A stretch of DNA of 64,000 bases from a virus: the IMG/VR virus record IMGVR_UViG_3300023273_000426, positions 9,461-73,460 of that record; one strand, given 5' to 3'. The translations under genes and the position numbers were made by a program. Positions 9,396 to 18,823 of this stretch are shown here, in pieces; the stretch's first letter is position 1, and the number at the start of each line of letters is the position of its first letter. The notes beneath the pieces are model-generated. The model was given only the letters and a program-made list of their open reading frames with translations. It was not told the DNA's origin and made no database searches.

Positions 9396-10189
9396 TAACT
9401 TCTCATTCCATTGAATACTGTTTTCTTAAACTTTTCATTATCAGTATGCACACTGTTAATCAGTTCAAAGTCTAAGTTTAGTTGCTTTAATAAAGATGCT
9501 ATTGCTTGTGTATCTTTAGGCAAGCACATACCACCATACCCTCTAAGATTGGGATTTACATCTAAATACATATCAGTAGCTTTGCCCGTTTTGATATAGG
9601 CATTTTTAATCGTAGTATAATCGCAATCTAACTTTTCACAAATTTCGTACATAACATTTGCAAATGTGACACGCAAAGCAGCGTACACATTGTTATAATA
9701 TTTTAAAACTTCTGCTTCATTAGGCGTTAGGTGTTCTGTGTGTTCTGGTAACTCGCCGTGTGCTTTTACAAGTTTACGATACACCCAAATATCATGTGTG
9801 CCAATTGCAAGCAACTTATGATTGTTAATAAAATCTTCTGCTGCACAACGTTCACGTAAAAACTCTGGCACAAAACATATAGTAAGATTTCTATATGTAT
9901 CTATCATGCGTTGTGTAAATCCTGGAACAACTGTACTACGTATTGCAATAATACCTTTGTAAGAATAAAGATTGAGTTCTTTTATTACTGATTCTAATAT
10001 ACTTGTATCACAACTTCCATCAGCAGCTTGAGGAGTAGGCACACATAGAAATGCTATTTCGGCATCCAAGACTTCGTTGATTGTTGTGTCAAGTTTTGTA
10101 TCATGTGTAACTAGGTCATGTCCTAGCATACTAAACCCTGAATAATTGGCACTGCCTACCGCGCCCATACCTATAATACCTATCTTCAT
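9395..10189 (-). CDS. UDP-glucose/GDP-mannose 6-dehydrogenase family protein
   Basis: GxGxxG (GMGAVG), CVPTP, RSTVVPG, PEFLRE and catalytic GYGGMCLPKD. Lacks the C-terminal UDP-binding domain. Confidence 0.9.
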   Translation of the reverse strand: MKIGIIGMGAVGSANYSGFSMLGHDLVTHDTKLDTTINEVLDAEIAFLCVPTPQAADGSCDTSILESVIKELNLYSYKGIIAIRSTVVPGFTQRMIDTYRNLTICFVPEFLRERCAAEDFINNHKLLAIGTHDIWVYRKLVKAHGELPEHTEHLTPNEAEVLKYYNNVYAALRVTFANVMYEICEKLDCDYTTIKNAYIKTGKATDMYLDVNPNLRGYGGMCLPKDTQAIASLLKQLNLDFELINSVHTDNEKFKKTVFNGMRS

Positions 10190-11049
10190 AATAAACTTTC
10201 CACTGTCTTTCTCAAACCGTCTTGCAAAGGTGTATAATCATCAAACTCTGTTAGCGTTCTAACAAGTGTTGTATCTGGGCAACGGCGTTTTGCACTACCA
10301 ACAGGTCCAGGGCGTACTTCAAGTTTATCTGGATTGATACCCATTATGCCCATTATTAGTTTGGCTACTAGCTTTATTTTAACTTCGTATTGACTGCCAA
10401 CGTTTACAGTTTTGTTGCTGTGATTGCGCACAAGTATATCTGTCATTTTTACAGCATCGTCTACATAACAGAAGCTACGGGTATCATCGCCTTTGATATA
10501 ATATTCTCCTGCTTTACAACGTTCTACAAACTCGTTGATAAAATGATCTATCTGTCCTGGTCCATACACGTTAAAGTAGCGTATGATAAGATATTCCAAT
10601 CCACTGTTTGCTACTAGGTTTTCGCCAAGAGCTTTCGGAATACTATAACTCCATCTTGGATTCGTAATGTCGTTAAACACAACTGGTACTTGCTCATCAG
10701 TTGGCACAGGGTAATAACCTTCATCTATTGCTCCGTTAAATATTTCACATGTACTTGCAAACACAAACTTGGTGTTTGTATCTCTATAACGTTCGATTAA
10801 GTTTATTGTAGGCAATGTATTATTAATCAATACATCAGTAGGCTGTTCATAAAATAGTCGAGTACCATTAGTTGCTGCAAGATGTACTACAACATCACAA
10901 TCAGGCATTGAACTAGTTACACCAGAATACCTTAGGTTTTTAATATTTCCGTCTTTTTGATCATATGGAAATACTTCGCCAGTATCTTTTACATAGTTAT
11001 AATAATGACTACCAATAAATCCTTTATGTCCTGTTAATACTATTTTCAT
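10186..11049 (-). CDS. NAD-dependent nucleotide-sugar epimerase/dehydratase
   Basis: TGHKGFIG, HLAA, YxxxK (YSIPK), RYFNVYGP and RSFCYVDD motifs. Confidence 0.9.
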   Translation of the reverse strand: MKIVLTGHKGFIGSHYYNYVKDTGEVFPYDQKDGNIKNLRYSGVTSSMPDCDVVVHLAATNGTRLFYEQPTDVLINNTLPTINLIERYRDTNTKFVFASTCEIFNGAIDEGYYPVPTDEQVPVVFNDITNPRWSYSIPKALGENLVANSGLEYLIIRYFNVYGPGQIDHFINEFVERCKAGEYYIKGDDTRSFCYVDDAVKMTDILVRNHSNKTVNVGSQYEVKIKLVAKLIMGIMGINPDKLEVRPGPVGSAKRRCPDTTLVRTLTEFDDYTPLQDGLRKTVESLL

Positions 11050-11798
11050 TTCTTTTTCTTTGTTGCTTTAATAAAATAAACATCGCGTTGTTCTTTTCGT
11101 GTGCCTTTGTAATGACACATGTGATTTTTAAATGCTGAATCAAAGTGTCCTTTGCTAATACCTTTTGGACTAATACTCTGACCAACAATCTTGTTTTCTT
11201 TTTCTAGCTTTTCTAAGCAAGCATCAAATACATGACAATCTAACTGTGCAGGTAGATTGTATATTTCATCTGTATCATAATACCATTCCCATAAGTCAAA
11301 AAACTCAGCACTATTAGAACAGTCTAAGTTAAAACTTAACCAACCTGTTTCTGTGTATTTTCCGTCGCGGCCAAGATAGCTTACAAACTTATCATTGTCT
11401 AAGAAGCTACGCAAGTACTCTTCGTTAATAGGTGCAAGTATTTCGGTGTCAGCATCGAGCCAAATAAGTCTGTCAGTTTTAACTTTTCGACTAGCATCAA
11501 TAATACAATAACTTTTGTAACTAAATCTTACAGCATCAGTATAAAACCCTTTGGTACCTTCTTTAACAGGTCTTCCACTATTGCGCTTTTTAAAACGTTT
11601 AAGTCCTTTAGATTCCTTTGAAAGAATATAGTTTTTCCATTTCTCAGTATCGTCAAATAAAGGTGTGTCAGTGTATACTAACACATTAACATTTTCATCT
11701 AAATATTTTTCCAAACTATTCATAAAATACTTGGCATATATTTCATAATGCTGATCGCCAAATGTTGTAACGATTGTTGTTTTTACATTACCATCCAA
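11046..11798 (-). CDS. GT-A fold nucleotide-diphospho-sugar transferase
   Basis: DAVRFSYK, WLDAD, ETGW, DCHVFD and HYKG motifs. Paralog of 4630-5448. Confidence 0.7.
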   Translation of the reverse strand: MDGNVKTTIVTTFGDQHYEIYAKYFMNSLEKYLDENVNVLVYTDTPLFDDTEKWKNYILSKESKGLKRFKKRNSGRPVKEGTKGFYTDAVRFSYKSYCIIDASRKVKTDRLIWLDADTEILAPINEEYLRSFLDNDKFVSYLGRDGKYTETGWLSFNLDCSNSAEFFDLWEWYYDTDEIYNLPAQLDCHVFDACLEKLEKENKIVGQSISPKGISKGHFDSAFKNHMCHYKGTRKEQRDVYFIKATKKKK

Positions 11799-12408
11799 AA
11801 ATATAATCCTTTCTTACATTTGTTATTTCACGAGCACCAAACGATTTTAAAAATAGACCAGCACATTCGTCAGTATCAGCTTGTTGTTCGCATACAATAA
11901 TAGGTTTGTATTTTAGTATTGTATCCATTGCACCCTTGAGTACTTCAAGTTCGTGTCGCTCGCAGTCTATCTTTAATAGGCCAAACTTAGGAAGATTCAA
12001 ATCGTCTAGTCGTTTGATATTAATACTACCTTGTCCTATATTGCTTACAAAACTTCCGCCAGTGTTTTCAGGATCGTATACCATTTCAACTAAATCGTTT
12101 ACGTTTCCTAATGCATGTTTATGTATGTCTACGTTTAATCCTGCTACATTACTTTCTAAACAACTATACACTTGTTCAAGTGGCTCAAATGCTATTACAC
12201 GTTTAAATCTTTCAGTAAGAGGTTTTGCCCATAATCCGACATTGGCTCCGATATCAATAGCAATATCAAAGTCTCTTACATATTTGTATGCTTCATCTCT
12301 TACATCATCTTGATATTGTGCAGGGCCGCCATTGTTAATACGTTTGGTAATCAATCTTTCAAAATGATTATCAGTATCAGGCATCCAATAGTTGTATACT
12401 TGTTTCAT
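11788..12408 (-). CDS. FkbM family methyltransferase
   Basis: IDIGANVG, AFEP, LLKIDCE and EVLKGA..PIIVCE motifs. Confidence 0.88.
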   Translation of the reverse strand: MKQVYNYWMPDTDNHFERLITKRINNGGPAQYQDDVRDEAYKYVRDFDIAIDIGANVGLWAKPLTERFKRVIAFEPLEQVYSCLESNVAGLNVDIHKHALGNVNDLVEMVYDPENTGGSFVSNIGQGSINIKRLDDLNLPKFGLLKIDCERHELEVLKGAMDTILKYKPIIVCEQQADTDECAGLFLKSFGAREITNVRKDYIFGW

Positions 12409-12860
12409 AATGTTGCATCTTCCATGCCTGCTACTCGTAACTTAACTACATTTGTAATCTGCCATTGCTTTTGATCAAGTGCTTTAAGTACACCTAACCA
12501 CTTGTTACGTAGCAATGCAAACTCGTTAATAATCTTTTCGTAGTCGCATACATCTGTTTCGCCATCGACATATTTTTCTACATCACGACTACTTAATGCA
12601 CGTTGATAGTTTTCTAGATACTTCTTAAAAAACGAGCTACGCAACTTGCGTAACTCGATATTTAAATATTCAAGAATAGCTTCAATCTCTTGAAGTTGAT
12701 TGAACCGGTGTTCAACAATACCTGGCATCTCGGCAGCAGCACGTTCTACATTGCCTTTAAGTTTCACTTCAGAACGAGCTGTTACCAACTCGTTCTCAAA
12801 GTGTTGTATTGCGTTAGGTATTTCCGATATGTCTCGACTAACTTGACTATACCATCCCAT
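12405..12860 (-). CDS. uvsY: UvsY-like recombination mediator
   Basis: 151 aa helical protein (YQRALSSRDVEKYVDGE; LKALDQKQWQI..VKLRVAG) downstream of uvsX. Confidence 0.7.
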   Translation of the reverse strand: MGWYSQVSRDISEIPNAIQHFENELVTARSEVKLKGNVERAAAEMPGIVEHRFNQLQEIEAILEYLNIELRKLRSSFFKKYLENYQRALSSRDVEKYVDGETDVCDYEKIINEFALLRNKWLGVLKALDQKQWQITNVVKLRVAGMEDATL

Positions 12861-13087
12861 TATTCATCCCATTCATCTTCATCATCTTCGCTCTGATCTA
12901 GTTCTAAATAATATTGAATAGCAGTATCAAGTCTTTTACTATTACCCATCATATCCTGTAACTGAACTTCGGACATTCCATAGTCAGCCAACATATCGAC
13001 ATAGCGTTCTGCTGCCATTTCAACATGTTTTTTATCTAGATATTCTTTAAACAAGTTCCACAAATCGGCTGCTATTTCTTCGTTCAT
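12860..13087 (-). CDS. hypothetical acidic protein
   Basis: 75 aa ORF packed between uvsX and uvsY. Confidence 0.7.
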   Translation of the reverse strand: MNEEIAADLWNLFKEYLDKKHVEMAAERYVDMLADYGMSEVQLQDMMGNSKRLDTAIQYYLELDQSEDDEDEWDE

Positions 13088-13093
13088 ATTACA

Positions 13094-14218
13094 TTATTCC
13101 TCAACTAAGTTATCTTCGGTATTTACCAATTCAGCATCTTGAGCAGCCAGTTCTGCTTCTTCTGCTGCTCTAGCTGCGTCAGCTGCTAGTTTTGCAACTT
13201 GTGCTTCTTTAGCTGGTAAGTCTGCCATAACTTTGTCAAGTAGATCTCCTGTCCAACGTTTGCGGAATTCTAGAATAGGTTCACCAGTACTCATAACATA
13301 TTCGTACCGATTGCCTTTCTTTTCTAGCAATCCTTTTGCGTCCATCAAGTCAAACATGCCCGAATACGGATCCATGCCTGTTTCATATGGAATCTCAACT
13401 TGTACACTTTCAAACGGTTTGTTGTAACGTGTTTTCATTACTTTACACGCTGCACGAATACCATGTACTTGTGATGTTTTGTTGCCGTCTGCGTCTACTT
13501 TAAGTTTAAGTTTCTTCATAGCAACAACCATAGAGCTTGCATACACAAAGCCCGAACCACCTGAGATCTTGTCATCTGGATCAAACATATCCTGTGATGC
13601 ATAAGTGTGGTTAGTAACAACCATACCTACATTATATGAACCAAACATATTCACACAGTTAGTTACAAGTGCCTTTAGTGCCTTTGCCTTACGACCAAAG
13701 TCACCTTTCATATCACCCTTTTGGAACTGGTCCATTTCAGTTGGTGACATAAGCATACCAAGTGAGTCAACTACAAACAATACTTTAGGACGATCTTCTT
13801 CCGCCATTGCTTTGTAGTCTTCCATAAACGTACTAACTGTTTTAGCAACATCATCAATCATTGCCATGTTAAGTTTAAGAAGCTTGCTTTCGTCTGTGTC
13901 TACTTTTAGTGCTTGTAGCCATGTTTCGTCAAGTGCGTTTTCACTGTCAATCAGTACAACAAAAATGCCTTGCTGCTGTGCGTACTTAACAATGTTACCA
14001 CTTACAATGTACGACTTGCCTGCGCCAGATTCGCCTGCGAACACTGACACTTTACCTAGAGGAATACCTTTTTGAAAGTCTCCACTTAGTAAGTAGTTGA
14101 GTGCAAAGTTGCCTGTACTAATCCAATCAGTTGGATCGTTAAAGCCTGCACTCATACCCGTAATAGATTTTGTCAACGAATTACGAAACTTCGTTGGATC
14201 GAATGACTTATTTGCCAT
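13094..14218 (-). CDS. uvsX: UvsX/RecA-like recombinase
   Basis: ISTG, Walker A GESGAGKS, DSENALD, VVDSLG, TNH and SGG motifs. AGGAG RBS. Confidence 0.93.
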   Translation of the reverse strand: MANKSFDPTKFRNSLTKSITGMSAGFNDPTDWISTGNFALNYLLSGDFQKGIPLGKVSVFAGESGAGKSYIVSGNIVKYAQQQGIFVVLIDSENALDETWLQALKVDTDESKLLKLNMAMIDDVAKTVSTFMEDYKAMAEEDRPKVLFVVDSLGMLMSPTEMDQFQKGDMKGDFGRKAKALKALVTNCVNMFGSYNVGMVVTNHTYASQDMFDPDDKISGGSGFVYASSMVVAMKKLKLKVDADGNKTSQVHGIRAACKVMKTRYNKPFESVQVEIPYETGMDPYSGMFDLMDAKGLLEKKGNRYEYVMSTGEPILEFRKRWTGDLLDKVMADLPAKEAQVAKLAADAARAAEEAELAAQDAELVNTEDNLVEE

Positions 14219-14245
14219 GTATATCTCCTATTAAATGAATGAAGT

Positions 14246-14279
14246 AAAAGGGTTGCTGTGTAATAAAGCAACCCTTTTT
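14246..14279. terminator. intrinsic terminator after gp32
   Basis: AAAAGGGTTGCT...AGCAACCCTTTT inverted repeat with T tracts on both sides. Confidence 0.75.
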
Positions 14280-14287
14280 AGTTGCTA

Positions 14288-15292
14288 TTAACCTTGACGT
14301 GAACGGATCATTGCAAGGATGTCTTGCGCTCCGCCAGCTGCTGGTTCTGCTGCTGGTTCTGCTGCTGGTGTAGCAGGTTCTTGCCATCCAGTATCGGTTG
14401 TAGTTTCAGCTACTGGTGCAGGTGCAGGTGCTGGTGCTGCTGGAGCACTTTGACTTGTAGCAGTTGCTTGTGGGCTTGCTGCTTTTTGCGGATCGCCTGT
14501 ACGTGCAGCCATACCACTTGGACGGAAGTAGTTACTCCAACGTTCTGCATCATATGCTTCGCCGTCTACTGACGCTTCAAACATTTCTGTTAGAATCTTA
14601 ACACCAGCTTCATCTGGTTTTTTAGGAAGGAAGTCGTTGAGATTAAACAGTCCATGTGTATTTACTGCTCCCATCTCTGCATCACCTAGCGGGCGATCTC
14701 GACGTGCCCAGTTACTTGCACCATAATCAGCATAGCCACCTTTGGAACCTTTTGAAAGACGGAAGTCTACACCAGCAGTATAATCTGTTGGAAGTTCTTC
14801 CATATCTGGGTCCATCAGTGCTGCTTTAATAAGTTGGAAGATTTGTGGACCAATAATAAAGCGTCGAATAGGATTCTCTGGCAAATCTTCCTTTAGTGGA
14901 TCTTCAGTTACAAACCCTTGGAAGATATAACTACGTTTTTTCCAATACTTACGACCCATGTCTTCAAGACTTGCGTCTTTAAACCAACCACGTACTTCTT
15001 GTAGGATTGGACATGACTCTCCGTACATTTCCATACACGGAACTTGTACCTGTACGGGGCGTGAATCTGTTTCGCCCTTAACTCCTGCAAAAGGAAGTTT
15101 GATCATCAAACGTTCTTTCCAAAAGAAAGTATTGTCTTGATCGCCATCTGGCAAAAAACGAATAGTTGCCTGTTCGCCTTCTTTCATGTTCCAAAATGGG
15201 TAAATCGCATTGTCACCGCCTGATGTACGGTTGCCGCTTGCGCCAGCTTCTTGTTCTTTGAGCTTTGCTCGAATTTCTGCTAATGATGCCAT
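14288..15292 (-). CDS. gp32: gp32-like single-stranded DNA-binding protein
   Basis: ATIRFLP, C..M.G..CPI, YWKKR and DFRL.K..KGGYADY..S.W motifs with a flexible Ala/Pro C-terminal tail. Lies next to uvsX. Confidence 0.85.
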   Translation of the reverse strand: MASLAEIRAKLKEQEAGASGNRTSGGDNAIYPFWNMKEGEQATIRFLPDGDQDNTFFWKERLMIKLPFAGVKGETDSRPVQVQVPCMEMYGESCPILQEVRGWFKDASLEDMGRKYWKKRSYIFQGFVTEDPLKEDLPENPIRRFIIGPQIFQLIKAALMDPDMEELPTDYTAGVDFRLSKGSKGGYADYGASNWARRDRPLGDAEMGAVNTHGLFNLNDFLPKKPDEAGVKILTEMFEASVDGEAYDAERWSNYFRPSGMAARTGDPQKAASPQATATSQSAPAAPAPAPAPVAETTTDTGWQEPATPAAEPAAEPAAGGAQDILAMIRSRQG

Positions 15293-15373
15293 AGTGCCTT
15301 TTCTCCTATATGTTATGCCTATGTTAGAACAACCTATGTTGCTCTTGTGCCTTTAACGTGTAGCACAGTTTAT

Positions 15374-15402
15374 ATACTACACGTTTAGTTATGACTTGTC
15401 AA
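15374..15402 (-). promoter_or_regulatory. sigma70-like promoter for the gp32-uvsX operon
   Basis: TTGACA-17 nt-TAGTAT. Confidence 0.7.
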
Positions 15403-15436
15403 CTAAAAAATGCCAAGTCTTTAAAGAGTTAGCTGA

Positions 15437-17170
15437 TTATTTTAAACCAGCTAACTCTTGTATTCTTGTAAAATCTGCCATCTTGCGAGCCTGATATTTT
15501 TCATATACTTGACCTAGACGTTCTATGAACTGACTTGCTGGCTTGATATATCTATCACCATATGATTTTTCAACCATTGTTAACACAGCAGTTTCGCCTT
15601 TTGGAAATACGCCTTGTTGCCTATCGTAGTAACTTAGTATAAACTCGCCCAATGGTGTTTTTTGCTCTTTTTCTAGTTTTATCTTTTCGCCATCTGGTCC
15701 GTCGATTTCGTCGCCTTTGGTGTTGCCATTCATTTTAGCTTGACGTACAGCATTTGCGTATGCATTGCCTTCGTCTGTTTCTTGTTCGCCTTCTACTTGC
15801 GCACTAAAGTTATCTGCAAACTGTCCTAACAATTTATCAAATGCTGCATCAATTTGAGATTCATATGCTGCACCACCAATGCCACGTGTGCCGCCACTTG
15901 GACTTGCACCAATATCTACTGTGGGTGCTAACTTGTAAATAAATCCACCTTGCACAGGGCGTATTGTATAGTCTTCACCTTTTTCAAACTGTTTTTTAAC
16001 CTGTCCAGGTTGTGCGGCTAGGGTTTCTTCAGCGGCTTGAATTGCTTGTGCTGGCGTATCGTAAACTTGTGGTCTTGCTTGCGGACGTATACTAGTTTTT
16101 GGAGCGGCCGGTTTTGCTTGCGGACGCATATTTGATGGATCCATTTCCATGTCGCCACGTGGCGGATACACATCTGCTTCTGCAATCAAATCATCAAAGT
16201 CCATTTCGTTTGCTTGTGTTGCTTCACCAACTAGTTTATAAATGTATGGAAATACATCCTTCAAATCTTCATTAAACTGTTTGATAGTAAGTTGATCAAT
16301 CCAGTTACTAGCAACATCAGCAGGAACTTCAGATTCTTCTATAACTACAAATTCTTCAAGTGCTTCTTTGTACATTGTAGGTTTTTGTAATGTTTGTATT
16401 CTTTTCTTAACTGTAGTAATACGTTCGTTTACTGTACCCATGTGCTCTGCTAGGCTTTCTGCCATTACACTACTGCGACCCATATAAGTTTTGAACTTGC
16501 GGAGATTTGAAAGTTCTTCACTTAGGCTTGTAATGTGTTTACCAAAGTCATCATATGGATGTCCGCCTTCACTAACGTGAATAGCCATTGCTCTTGCACC
16601 ACTAAGATGTTTAAACGGATATTTAAATCTTTCACCTTGTGCATTTTCAATAAAAAGAGATCCTATCTTTTTATTTCTACTTTCGCCTTCATTAATATCA
16701 CCTGTATGTTTTATTGAAAGTTTAGCACTTCCAAACTTTTGAAAGCTGGTTTTGTGAGTGCCATACATTTTTGACTCTGCCATTTGTGTTTCTCCGCGAT
16801 TTACTGCCATGCTTGCATAATCTCTTTTTGTAAAGTTAGTTCTGTTAATGTCTCTAACTTCAAAATTTAATAAACGTTTTTTTGAAAACATTCTCATTTG
16901 TTTTAAAAAGTTATACCACTCTTTGGTTTCTTCAGCACCAACTTCTTCTGTAAAGTCTTTGTTATACATTATAGTTACACCAGACTTTTCATCTAGTGAA
17001 ACACTTACTTTACCTACATTAGTGTCTCTGCTTTTAAAATCAAACTCATAAAATCTTGCAAGACTAGGAGCACTTGTTACATTTCCTTCTGCATCACCGG
17101 TGGTAACGCTGGAATAACGTCCTCTAATCTCATTAAAAAGTTGTTCTGCTATTGTATCTAAATTTCTCAT
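15437..17170 (-). CDS. hypothetical protein, probable virion/head-associated
   Basis: 577 aa, late-type GATAAATA promoter immediately upstream, C-terminal RIQELAGLK motif resembling the scaffold C-terminus. Confidence 0.6.
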   Translation of the reverse strand: MRNLDTIAEQLFNEIRGRYSSVTTGDAEGNVTSAPSLARFYEFDFKSRDTNVGKVSVSLDEKSGVTIMYNKDFTEEVGAEETKEWYNFLKQMRMFSKKRLLNFEVRDINRTNFTKRDYASMAVNRGETQMAESKMYGTHKTSFQKFGSAKLSIKHTGDINEGESRNKKIGSLFIENAQGERFKYPFKHLSGARAMAIHVSEGGHPYDDFGKHITSLSEELSNLRKFKTYMGRSSVMAESLAEHMGTVNERITTVKKRIQTLQKPTMYKEALEEFVVIEESEVPADVASNWIDQLTIKQFNEDLKDVFPYIYKLVGEATQANEMDFDDLIAEADVYPPRGDMEMDPSNMRPQAKPAAPKTSIRPQARPQVYDTPAQAIQAAEETLAAQPGQVKKQFEKGEDYTIRPVQGGFIYKLAPTVDIGASPSGGTRGIGGAAYESQIDAAFDKLLGQFADNFSAQVEGEQETDEGNAYANAVRQAKMNGNTKGDEIDGPDGEKIKLEKEQKTPLGEFILSYYDRQQGVFPKGETAVLTMVEKSYGDRYIKPASQFIERLGQVYEKYQARKMADFTRIQELAGLK

Positions 17171-17177
17171 TGCATAC

Positions 17178-17185
17178 TATTTATC
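17178..17185 (-). promoter_or_regulatory. late promoter GATAAATA
   Basis: T4-late-like motif recurring upstream of structural genes in this window. Confidence 0.55.
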
Positions 17186-18764
17186 AATAACTGCTACTAA
17201 CAAAGATCGGCATTGGCATTTCATAATCCTCATCTGCTTCAATCTGATTAAATGTTTCGTACACTGTCGGATCCCAATCTTTCATCACACTCATAATTCT
17301 TAATGTTAATAATAAACTACTGACTAGATCGTCGTGGTGTCCGGGCTTTGCCTGAAAACTACTACCGGATGCAATAAATGCTTTTAGTTCACTAATCAAG
17401 GCTTTACTGTTTACAGTGAGTTTGTCATTCTCGACCATTGTTTTAAGTCTAGCACATGCTGTTGTTTTGCTGCTGTGTGTAGTGTTAAATCCTTTACGAA
17501 ACTTTCTTACGTGTCCTTTTTTCATAGGCTCACTTATAAACAACCCCGGTATGTTTTCTTCGCCAAAGTCATTAATAACAAGCAAACATGCTTCACCTAT
17601 GCCGTTATTTTCTACACTCCAATATATGTTGTTAGTAGCTCTTGTTTCGCTCTCGATATATTTGCATACATCAGCAAGTACTCTAACTTGTCCTGGTATA
17701 GCAGTAAGATTGTGTTGCCACTCTCCAACTTGTTCATATCCAGGAAGTTCAATGATTTGTATTGCAGCATAATCTCCACCGGTGCCCATGCTAGGATCAA
17801 GTGCTACTACATAAGATTTTTTTGGACTAGGTTTTTTATACCAACGCACTTGCCCCATATTAATGATAGGATTACACCCTGTCATTGTTGCTAGTTTAAT
17901 GCTATGAATAAGAGTTTCATCAAAGATTAAAAACTCACAACCGTATTCACGTCTAAACTTTTCCTCGCCGATCCGTCCTATTTCTTCTTTTTTCCACTTT
18001 TCGTCTCTGTCTGGATGTTCGTGCCACTCGGCAATAAAACTGTGAAATCCGTTTATTCCTACATCTTGTTCGTTGCCATATTCGTCAAACTTTTGTTCTG
18101 CTTGTTTCCAAATAGTAGCAAACGTATCTTCGTCACTGTTAGGAGTGCTAGTAATAATAGCTCTACCACCTGTTGCCAGTGTAGGTGATATCGAAGTCCA
18201 AAACTCTTCAGCAATGTTAGGTTGTACGAATGCAAACTCGTCACAGTATAGCAGCGAGATACTCATACCACGTCCTGTATTACCTGTAGTTGTTTGACTT
18301 ACAATACGACTTCCGTTTTCAAACTCTATACTACCTTTGTTGTAACTTGTAACACCTGCTCTAATATGATCTGGACAAGTTTCATACACAAAGCGTATGC
18401 GTGACATAATCTCTTGCGCACCTGTATACTTGTGAGCAGCAACAAGAATAGTTTGATCTGGATTAAACATAGCATACCATGCTAAGTAAATAGCAGCACA
18501 TGTTGTCTTACCAGTTTGTCTTGGCATCATATTAATATTAAATCGATAGTTATGATAACTGTGCATTAATCCTAATTGATATTCATAAGGATCAAAGATT
18601 AATTTACCCAGTTTTGGATGCTGAATATACGCAAACTTGCGGGCAAAATGTAAATATCCTGTATCCGGATCCATGCAAGCTAGTAAGTCTGCAATTTGCT
18701 CTTCAGTAAATGTTTCTTTTCTATTCGCCTTTTTGATTAAGACGCCGTCTAATGATGCTGCCAT
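17184..18764 (-). CDS. gp17: terminase large subunit
   Basis: YEYQ Q-motif, PRQTGKTT Walker A, LLYCDEFAF Walker B, ITSTPN coupling motif, RNase H nuclease motifs (LDPS, HDDLV). Start placed at ATG 18764. Confidence 0.95.
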   Translation of the reverse strand: MAASLDGVLIKKANRKETFTEEQIADLLACMDPDTGYLHFARKFAYIQHPKLGKLIFDPYEYQLGLMHSYHNYRFNINMMPRQTGKTTCAAIYLAWYAMFNPDQTILVAAHKYTGAQEIMSRIRFVYETCPDHIRAGVTSYNKGSIEFENGSRIVSQTTTGNTGRGMSISLLYCDEFAFVQPNIAEEFWTSISPTLATGGRAIITSTPNSDEDTFATIWKQAEQKFDEYGNEQDVGINGFHSFIAEWHEHPDRDEKWKKEEIGRIGEEKFRREYGCEFLIFDETLIHSIKLATMTGCNPIINMGQVRWYKKPSPKKSYVVALDPSMGTGGDYAAIQIIELPGYEQVGEWQHNLTAIPGQVRVLADVCKYIESETRATNNIYWSVENNGIGEACLLVINDFGEENIPGLFISEPMKKGHVRKFRKGFNTTHSSKTTACARLKTMVENDKLTVNSKALISELKAFIASGSSFQAKPGHHDDLVSSLLLTLRIMSVMKDWDPTVYETFNQIEADEDYEMPMPIFVSSSY

Positions 18765-18777
18765 ATAATATTTATTC

Positions 18778-18804
18778 AAAAAAATAGCGCCCGAAGGCGC
18801 TATT
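18778..18804 (-). terminator. intrinsic terminator with cUUCGg tetraloop
   Basis: AATAGCGCC-TTCG-GGCGCTATT followed by further Ts on the minus strand. Confidence 0.85.
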
Positions 18805-18823
18805 GAGTTGGGGGAATATTTTG

